DNA of 41,982 nt from Octopus sinensis. Its lineage: Eukaryota. The stretch is taken from the NCBI RefSeq assembly GCF_006345805.1, contig NW_021835178.1, forward strand, positions 1 through 41,982. Direction: 5' to 3'. The position numbers were made by a program, and so were the translations under genes. Shown here in pieces: positions 11,687 to 20,369 of the stretch; within the stretch, counting starts at the first letter, position 1, and every line of letters begins with the position of its first letter. Below the pieces are notes generated by a model, which was not told the origin of the DNA, searched no databases, and saw only the letters and a program-made list of their open reading frames with translations.

Positions 11687-12155
11687 GAGGGAGAGAGAGA
11701 GAGAGAGATATATATGCATATTTATATATCATCATCATCATCATCATTTAACATCTATTTTCCATGCTGGCATGGGTTGGACAATATATACGTGTGTGTT
11801 TGTGTTGTATATATACGTGTGTGTGTGCACGTGTGTATATGTGTTTGTGTCTCCTTGTCGTCTCGACGTCATGTGATAGTTGTCATTCATTCCCAGTCTT
11901 CCATCGTCAAGGAAACAGATGAATGTTGATGAGCGAGAGGACGACCAGCTGTAGAAGTTCTGCCTCCACAGAATTCTGTCCAACCCTTGCAAGCACGGAA
12001 AAGTGGATGTTAAACTGATGATAAAAGCATGAGATTCCATTGAACAAAATATTGTCTTCAAATGCAGTTCCTTGAATTTGTGCATCTTGGTAATTATTCT
12101 TCAACTGAAATGCTGTACTCGTTAAAACAAGAAGTTCTCTTTCTTTCTATTTCAG

Positions 12156-12386
12156 ACATGGAAATGGTAAATTCTCTTGCAGAGGAATTCAAATAGTTGT
12201 TAATTACTTTATCAGTTTAGGACACAATGTGATGGCATTTGTACCCCAACATAAATTTTATACCCCAAACTCCTCCAACAACATCCTCGATCAAGATATT
12301 CTCTACAGACTCAAAGAACAAGGCCATCTTGCTGTGACTCCTTCGAGAAAAATCCAGAAAAAACTCATCAATTGTTATGATGATCG
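12156..12386 (+). CDS. N4BP1: N4BP1-like exon 3 (NYN/Regnase-type PIN RNase domain)
   Basis: Polypyrimidine tract plus TTCAG|A. Reads HGNGKFSCRGIQIVVNYFISLGHNVMAFVPQ...LAVTPSRKIQKKLINCYDD. Donor CG|GTAAGT; phase 2 at both ends. Not in the ORF track. Confidence 0.95.
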
Positions 12387-12869
12387 GTAAGTAGAGTTAA
12401 TTAATGCTAATTAATGAAATTAACTACGAAATCATGGTTTTGCATAGTGGCATAAACGAAGAACGGCAGCAGTGTCTGGGATTGTTTTATGCAACGCTTC
12501 CTTACTGTATGAAGTTGTAGCTAAGGAGTGTCCGCAACATATAAATAAATATATCTGTAAAGGGGTTTGCATTAGGGAGCGTATCCAGCTATAGAACTCA
12601 TACCAAAGCAAAGCAGATGGTAGAGCTCTGGCCTGGTGCCAGCTCTGGTCAAACTGTCCAACCCATGCCAGCATGGAAGATGGACATTAAATGATGCTGC
12701 TGTGTGTGGGGTAATATTTTCTGTATTACTTATATCTACACACCTAGGTGCATCTGTGACTGTGTGGTAAGAAGCTTACTTCCCATCCACGTGGTTTCAG
12801 GTTTGGTCCTACTGCATGGAACCTTGGGCAAGTATCTTCAGAGCCTGAAAGATGGCTTTAAAATACACG

Positions 12870-13218
12870 ACAGAAGGCTGCACCAGGCCCAGTCTGATCT
12901 GGTAGTGTTTCTACAGCTGGATGCCCTTCCTAACGCCAGCCACTCTGTGAGTGTAGTGGGTGCTTTTTACGTGCCACCTGCACAGGTGCCAGACGAGGCT
13001 GGCAAACGGCCACGATTGGATGGTGCTTTTTATGTGCCACCGGCACGGGGGCCAGGCGAGGCTGGCAACAGCCACAAACGGATGGGCCTTTTTACGTGCC
13101 ACTGGCACGAGACCAGTCGGGGTGGCGCTGGCAACAGCCATGTTCGGATGGTTCTCTTACGTGCCACTGGCACTGGTATCACAGCTGCAATTTCCATTGA
13201 TGTTGATCGATTTCGATT
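12870..13218 (-). mobile_element. Family C repeat lacking its tail
   Basis: Reverse complement of about 3480-3810. Lies next to an older tRNA-SINE head at about 12745-12840. Confidence 0.78.
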
Positions 13219-13483
13219 CTCATATATTTATATGTGTGTGTGTTTTAGTCCCACTGCATACCTCTCTAAATAAGTGTCTTCTACTCTAACTTGATGCTGA
13301 CCTTAGGTCACTGGTTGCTGTTGCTCTCTCCCTCCCATATCAACACTTCAGGCCATTGACTACTGACCACTGGTCACTGCCCCCCTGCCTCACCCCCCTT
13401 CTATCCACTGTTCTATGTCGTTCTTATTTGTTGTTGTTATCATCAACTTAATGCCTTGTGTTGTTGTTGTTGTTGTTGTCCAG

Positions 13484-13591
13484 GTTCATCTTGGATCTGG
13501 CTGAAAGGGAAGATGGCATTGTCGTGTCCAACGACCAATACCGGGACCTGATTGAAGAGAAACCTTCGTGGAGGGAAATTATCGAGAAGAG
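13484..13591 (+). CDS. N4BP1: N4BP1-like exon 4 (NYN domain)
   Basis: CCAG|G acceptor. Reads (R)FILDLAEREDGIVVSNDQYRDLIEEKPSWREIIEK. Donor AG|GTAATT; phase 2/2. Confidence 0.95.
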
Positions 13592-13749
13592 GTAATTACT
13601 GGTATTTTGCACTTTTAACTTTCAAAACCACAGAACAGTTTGTGTGTAGAATGTGTGTTCATGTTGGGGTATCTGTATGTATATGGTAGAATCCGTGTGT
13701 GTGTGTGTGTTTTAGTGTATGTATCAGTGTATCGGTATGTATTCCTCTG

Positions 13750-13977
13750 AGGCGGTGAGCTGGCAGAATCATTAGCACGTCAGGCGAAATGCCGAGCGGT
13801 CTTTCGTCTGCCGTTACGTTCTGAGTTCAATTTCTGCCGAGGTCGACTTTGCTTTTCATCCTTTCCGGGTCGATAAATTAAGTACCAGTTACGCACTGGG
13901 GTCGATATAATCGACTTAATCCGTCTGTCCTTGTTTGTCCCCTCTGTGTTTAGCCCCTTGTGAGTAGTAAAGAAATA
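13750..13977 (+). mobile_element. tRNA-derived SINE (family B) with 16-bp TSD
   Basis: Same family as 5140-5370. TSD GGTATGTATTCCTCTG at 13734-13749 and 13978-13993. Confidence 0.88.
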
Positions 13978-14245
13978 GGTATGTATTCCTCTGTTTGTGC
14001 TGTTGTCTTGAACATCTCTCACACATTTTGTACACCCCCCCAATCTGCTCTCCTACAATAGTACGTACCACTCTATAGTCTCACCACACCATATTACCCA
14101 CCCCACTACACTCCCACCAATCATATTACCATGGAAACCTAGTTCTTACTGAAACACACACACACTCCCTCTCTCTCTCTCTCTCCTCCAGTTCCTTGTC
14201 TTCTTTACAAGACTAACCTCTCTGTCTCTCTCTCTTCACTCCCAG

Positions 14246-14374
14246 GTTACTCATGTACACTTTTGTCCAAGACAACTTCATGCTGCCAGCTGATCCCCTC
14301 GGCCGTGACGGTCCCACTCTTGAAGAATTCCTCAGTAAAACTCCCAAAGAAACTAATTCCACTCCAAAAAAGAG
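14246..14374 (+). CDS. N4BP1: N4BP1-like exon 5 (end of NYN domain)
   Basis: CCCAG|G acceptor. Reads (R)[42 protein letters not shown]. Donor AG|GTAATT; phase 2/2. Confidence 0.95.
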
Positions 14375-14548
14375 GTAATTTTTTCTTTTTTTTTATTTAC
14401 TTGTGAGTGTTGTTGTTGTTTAACCCTCTGGCATTTAAAAAAAAAAGGGGCCATATCCAGCCCAGGTATTCTCCCTGTTTTATGTTGAGACCAGCCAGAT
14501 CTGGCCTCTCCCACCTACCATACAACGTCATTCAAAAGATAAACAATA

Positions 14549-14719
14549 GGCGCAGGAGTGGCTGTGTGGTAAGTAGCTTGCTAACCAGCCACATGGTTCC
14601 GGGTTCAGTCCCACTGCGTGGCATCTTGGGCAAGTGTCTTCTGCTATAGCCCCGGGCCGACCAATGCCTTGTGAGTGGATTTGGTAGACGGAAACTGAAA
14701 GAAGCCTGTCGTATACATG

Positions 14720-14752
<33 letters not shown>

Positions 14753-14955
14753 ATTTGTGTGTCTGTGTTTGTCCCCCTAGCATTGCTTGACAACCGATGC
14801 TGGTGTGTCTATGTTCCTGTCACGTAGCGGTTTGGCAAAAGTGACTGATGGAATAAGTACTGGGCTTACAAAGAATAAGTCCCGGGGTCGGTTTGCTCGA
14901 CTAAAGGCGATGCTCCAGCATGGCCGCAGTCAAATGACTGAAACAAGTAAAAGAG
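14549..14955 (+). mobile_element. tRNA-derived SINE (family A; CORE-like, possibly octopus OR-type)
   Basis: A box TGGCTGTGTGG, B box GGTTCAGTCCC, CORE-like CTTGGGCAAGTG, internal (TA)n(TG)n, and LINE-like tail CCAGCATGGCCGCAGTCAAATGACTGAAAC. Confidence 0.88.
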
Positions 14956-15556
14956 AAATCCCGTCATCGAAACATTGAATCTATGAAATAAAATCAGGAT
15001 TGATTCAAAACGGGAATTAAATAAGCATCACATTTGACCGAATGCTCTGAATGCGAAAGGGCTAAAGCCCAGGTCAGTCCTGATCAGAGGCGATCCAACC
15101 GTGACCATCCCCTCCTTGTTATTATTTACCCCTAGGTCAATCCTTAACCAGCTGACCCATAATGAGAAATGTTCCAGCTGTGACATAAGTGTATCTAGGA
15201 CTGCATTATCCAGTGTGCCCTTCATTGTTGTTTAGCCTCCAGTTAGTTCTGATCCTGTTCCAACTATGACCATCCAAACTGAGTGTATCTAGGATTACAT
15301 TATCCTATAGCTAGTTGCTATGCCTAAACTATAATTAGTCACTCTATGATTGGTTGTCAAACTAAAATTAACCTAAATTTAGTAGTTTCATTTTACTTTT
15401 GTTTTGCACTTTGAGATTATGACTATGTACTTCCATATTAAGCGACCACCACTAGTGGTAGCCACATATCTTGTTTATGCTGAGTCACCGCACAAATACC
15501 CCCGCCCCCCACTCCTCATACAAACATTTAAACTGGCGTTTGTTGTCTATTTGCAG

Positions 15557-15851
15557 TAGCCGTCCACCTGCTCGCCAGTCGTACAATTACTCGACCGTAG
15601 CGTCAATGAGGACATGTCCGCAAGGAGTTCAGAGAAGCAAACCTTCTGGAATACGACCTCAAGCCACAAATTCCCATTTGGATGCTCTAACGTTGCGAAC
15701 CAAAGAAGAAAGCGAGATGCTGTATCGTGAACTGAAGGCAGTGTTTCCGGAAGATTCGCAAGACAGTACCTTATGGAAAATTCTGGATGATAACCCGACT
15801 GAGCGGAATCTTATGCAGTTGTCAGACAAATTTCTAGGGGAGTATTTTTAA
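15557..15851 (+). CDS. N4BP1: N4BP1-like terminal exon 6 (CoCUN/CUBAN-like ubiquitin-binding C-terminus)
   Basis: TTGCAG|T acceptor in frame with ORF 15471..15851. Ends RTKEESEMLYRELKAVFPEDSQDSTLWKILDDNPTERNLMQLSDKFLGEYF*, matching the N4BP1/KHNYN C-terminal pattern. The six exons total 2325 nt = 774 aa plus stop. Confidence 0.9.
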
Positions 15852-16028
15852 GGAGTGTCTCTGCTGGATGAGGTTTGTTCAGCCAGTTAATGAAACGACT
15901 TGCCATTGCAGCTCTGTAGCTTTTGGCCCTTCACCACACCTCAGGATCTCTTTACAGTCTTATCGGTACTCTACGTGAGTTTCCTTGCATCACATTACAA
16001 AACTAAAAACTGTTGTTATTGGAACAAC

Positions 16029-16069
16029 AATAAAAAAAAAAGACAATAGTAAAAGAACATAAGAATAAA
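16029..16069 (+). terminator. Candidate polyadenylation signals
   Basis: AATAAA at 16029-16034 and 16064-16069, about 180-215 nt after the stop, followed by GT-rich sequence. Confidence 0.4.
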
Positions 16070-16104
16070 CTTGGAGATTATATTCTGAAAGTTAAAAAAA
16101 GACA

Positions 16105-16390
16105 GCAACTTGGTATTGTACTCTTGTAACTAGTGTGGTACTCCAGACATCCTGGCAACTGATATTGTACTTTCTTTGGAGCTTCTGGTGACTGTTGTAC
16201 TCTAGAAGCTCTGATAAGTGGTGTTGTACTCTAGAGGCCCTGGTAACTGGGGCTGTACTCTTGAGTTTTGTAACTATTGTACTTTAAAGTCCCAGGTAAC
16301 TGACTTACTCTGGAATGCTTAGTAATTCTAGGGGCCCTTGTGACTGGGTCTGTACTCTCTCTCTGGAGTTCCTTGTAACTGATGTTGTGG
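16105..16390. repeat. Degenerate ~28-30-bp minisatellite
   Basis: About nine recurrences of GTAACT...TGTACTC(T) with a variable AGAGGCCCTG-like segment. Confidence 0.65.
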
Positions 16391-16996
16391 TGTACAAATA
16401 TAAGAATAGTTTTTGGCAGTAATTCCCAGCTCTGGCTGTGTTTTGTGGTATGTTGCAACCTGTTGTAGTGCTGTGGGGCAGTACCGAGGCCAGACTGGAT
16501 GTTGTGGCTGTAATGCATTGTCTTTACTGAGGTAGCTGTGTGTTTGGCAGTGCTGTCATTGAACCGAGGCACAATACAGTTGCTCAAGTGACTCTGATAC
16601 ATTGCCATTGCCATATCAGCTGTGGCACAATGTGCCACCACTCTGTAAGATGTATGGTTGCTTTTCTAAAGCTGGTACTGTTGCCACGGATACCATGGTT
16701 CACATTTCCACTTGTGGAGCTGTTTCATTATCAGATCTATATTTAAAAACGTCATCATCATCATCATCACCACCACACACATCAGTAATCTACATCATCA
16801 TCATCATCACACACATCACTGTCACCACCACCACCACCACCATTGTCGTTATCATCATCGTCATGAATAATTCTTCTTGTGACCCATCTGTCAGGTTATT
16901 GTTTAGTGATACTAACTGTTACCATCAGTGTTTGACGTGACCATGCTAGGCCTAGGGCTATATATGTCTGTCAGACTAGAAGCACTGAAACAGGAA

Positions 16997-17542
16997 GCGA
17001 AATTTTTTTTCCTACAAGAGTTCCGGACCCCAGTCATGACCTCATTTGCATACAGCCAATCAGAGCTCAACTATCAAATTAATTTATGAGTGCAAAACAA
17101 GAGATGGGTGATAAGATAAGGTCTCTTGGACAAGAAAGGACCATGCTTCTTTCCTCTTTTAAGAATGCTTGTTGTTCTTGTTCTTGATCCAACCATGGCT
17201 GCCTCTGCGTAGTTATTTGTGTTGTTGTTTACTTTGTAAAACAGTAAGGGGAGAGGGTTCCCTGCACATCACCCTCTACCTACATTTTTCCCATCTGCAT
17301 CTTTACCATGTGGGGCCCTAACAAAATCCGATAATAGGTATACATGCAAACCTATCTAATTACTTGTCCCCTTCTAAAACCAGACAGAACTTGGCGATCG
17401 GTCGACTTACAACACTGTCCTTTGTCTTGGGTTTACTTAGTAGAATGTGTCTGTTAACTTGACACCAAGGTGAAAGGGAGCTCTGATTGGCTGTATGCAA
17501 ATAAGTTGGAGTCCGGAACTCTTGTGGGGAAAAAAATTTCGC
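16997..17542. mobile_element. MITE-like inverted repeat whose arms carry octamer and CCAAT motifs
   Basis: Arms 16997-17068 and 17478-17542 are reverse complements; each contains ATTTGCAT-ACAG-CCAAT. No clear TSD. Confidence 0.65.
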
Positions 17543-19314
17543 AAACATGACCTTCACAGTTCCTTTTTATGACAGTTTGCTCGCAAAATTTTAACCTTTG
17601 AAAATCATTTGAGGGATTCTTGTGAAAATCCTCACCAAATTCATTATTTCAGCCATACCAGTAATATAATGGCAGCCAATTGCTCATGTTTTTTTTTTCT
17701 TTAATTGTTGTCTGTTTTTTGTAAAAATGTTCTTGTTTTATTTTCAATAATCGCAATTCATTATTGAAGTCTGATTGGTTTGTTTTAGAAACCTTAAATG
17801 TGTATGTGTCTATTGACAGACACACACACACATCCACGTGTCTCTCTCTATATATATATAAATGTACACACATGCTCACACACACAGACACGTGTACACA
17901 CAAAAACACACATGCACTTTCTAATGTTTATAGCACAGATATTCATATGCATCTGTTTCTAGTTTCATGTAAGAAGCTGGCCCTAAATGTCTCCATAGAA
18001 AAATCTTACCTTGGTTGGGCCTTCAGAACAATAGATTAATTGTTCAGGAAATCTGAGAAAATACCAGAGCAACTGCTTCCAAGCTTGTTAAATTTTAGAG
18101 AAGAAATGTGTGGCCCAACGACTGTAACTCTAATTGCTTCACGAGGATCACATTTTTTTAATACTGTGTATTCTAATGGCATCAAAAAACAAAATATTTA
18201 CCTTGGGAAAGTGTCTGGTTATAGCCCCAGGCTGATCAAAGCTGGTTTAGTAGATAGAAATTGAAAGAAGCTTGCCATGTATTTGTATATTTGTGTGTGT
18301 GTGCTATCACTGCTTGAGAAATGCTATTGCTTTGCCTATGTCCCTGTGACTTAGTAGTCTGTCAAATGTGACTGATAGAATAAGTCCCAGGCTTAAAAAC
18401 ACAAAGGCACTGGGGTTGGTTTGTTTAACAAAAACCCTTCAAGGTAGGACCCGAGTATGGCCTTGGTGCAATGACTGAAAGAAAAGTGAAAAAGGGTCAA
18501 AAAAGAAAAGGGAGATAAGCCATGGAGCAGCTTTAGTTGCTGACCCTAATGTCCACTCGACACCAGAGAAACGGCTGTAAGAGGGCTGGAGTGAAGGTTT
18601 TCCAGCTGAAGGCCTTCATCCCTTGCACACAGATTTCGTACTGACCAGTGCTGTGCTGTGTGGACCCAGTGTTAGGCTGTGCTGTGGACCCAGCTGTGTG
18701 CAAGGCAGTGCACTAACTACAAGGAATTTTACAGTGTATATACAGTTTTTTTTTCCAGTGTAGTATATTTGAAAACACACTGTGCCACACAGATCGAGAC
18801 ATTACACTGCCCACACAGTGTTTCGATGCGGTCAGTATTGCTTCCTATCTGCAAGACCTTAAACAAATATTCATGGATGATGAAGGTCATTAAAAAGAGA
18901 ATTTAAAACGAGAAAGAAAGAAGAAGGGTTGAGAAGAAAAACAGAAACCAAGGACACGAAAATCTTCTAAATACACCCCTACCCATGGGAAATAGATTAG
19001 TTCTTCAAACTGGTCTGATGAATGGGATTTTTGTATTGACCTCATGCGGGCCGGTTCCTTACATGAACCCAGTGAGAGATCTTAAAAGGAATGGTTGTGC
19101 TATAGCCATAAGTAAGCGTTTTGCACTTCATTTAATTTGGATCTCTCGTTACGTGTTGACTTATCCAGCACACACACACAGGTGTGTTTATCTCTCTCTC
19201 TTTCTAAGCATGCATTTATCAATACACATCTGCATAAACATACACGTTTATATATACATATATATATAAGTATATACATATATAAGTATATATTTGTATT
19301 TATATATCTGTATA

Positions 19315-19355
<41 letters not shown>

Positions 19356-19364
19356 ATTTATATA

Positions 19365-19395
<31 letters not shown>

Positions 19396-19660
19396 TGTAT
19401 GTATATGTGTATATATGTATATATATATTTATAACATTTATGTGTATATATGTGTGTGTGTATATATCTGCATATATGTATCTATAAGTGTGTATAAATA
19501 TATATTTGTATATATATATGTATGTGTGTATATACGTACGTGTATATATATATATATATATCTATGTATATATTATTGCCAATTTTTTATAATGTAAATA
19601 TATATGTGTATATATGGATGTATATATGTGTGTATGTATATATATGTATGTATATGTATA

Positions 19661-20227
19661 TTTATATACATATGCATGTATAAATATGTATGTATATAAT
19701 AATATAAATACCCTCACTCTTCCTCCTTGACTCTCTCGTTGCTCACACGTGACCAACGGCCATCTATCTTTCTTCCACTTCCTTCCTAAAGATCTGTCTC
19801 TTCTCAAAGCTCGGTTTTTCCAGCGTTCACCACTTCACATCGTCTTGGCTTAACAGCCCTCGCCGTTTGTTTTTACTCTTTTCTTCTTACTCTCCTGTTT
19901 TTAACGAAGTCTCGTCTTGTCCTTACCTTCGAAACGCTGAGGAAATAAAACAGGGGACAACTGATGAAGGGATTGTTCTTTGTGTTGCATGTCTCCGTTG
20001 TTAAAAAAAAGTTCGTTTTCTGTTTTTGCTTTTTTATGTTCTTCTTTCTCATTTTGTTCACGTTTTTTTTATGTCTTGTACCCACATATGCATGTATATA
20101 TACATATATATGTAGGTATGTACATATATGTATGTATATATGCATATATTTATATATTGTTTATATTATCATATGAGCGAATGTCACTCATACATTTCCT
20201 AGTAAGTTTTATCTATATATATACATA
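19661..20227 (+). repeat. Long direct repeat, copy A (~570 bp)
   Basis: Colinear with 26827-27400 apart from scattered substitutions and short indels. Abuts the LINE 3' end. Confidence 0.9.
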
Positions 20228-20369
20228 TATTATACATATTTTTTTAATTTAATTTTTTTATTTTATCTAGTTTCAGCTCACGAGCTGTGGCCATGCTGGG
20301 GCACCACCATTTGGTGTTGCTACATAATTTTACTTCACGAATGCTTTTTAGCAATTAGCAATTGCCATT

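Noticed and set aside
12704-13289. 189-aa and overlapping ORFs in intron 3
   Set aside because: They fall entirely within SINE-type repeats found elsewhere in the window.
14549-14625. tRNA-like sequence (also at the other SINE heads)
   Set aside because: A and B boxes are present but it continues into a SINE body in every copy; not a tRNA gene.
15060-15310. Recurrent TTGTTTAGCCCCAGGTCAG...GACCATCC motif (also near 2360, 7935 and, reversed, 1200 and 10620)
   Set aside because: Probably an old interspersed repeat, but too degenerate to delimit or classify by eye.
9670-15851. Calling the gene Regnase-1/ZC3H12
   Set aside because: No CCCH finger after the NYN domain; the KH-like N-terminus and C-terminal motif fit N4BP1/KHNYN.
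16105-16390. Repeat-spacer appearance suggesting a CRISPR array (also the family C modules at 3525-3730)
   Set aside because: Repeats are degenerate, spacers are related to each other, the context is eukaryotic and there are no cas genes.
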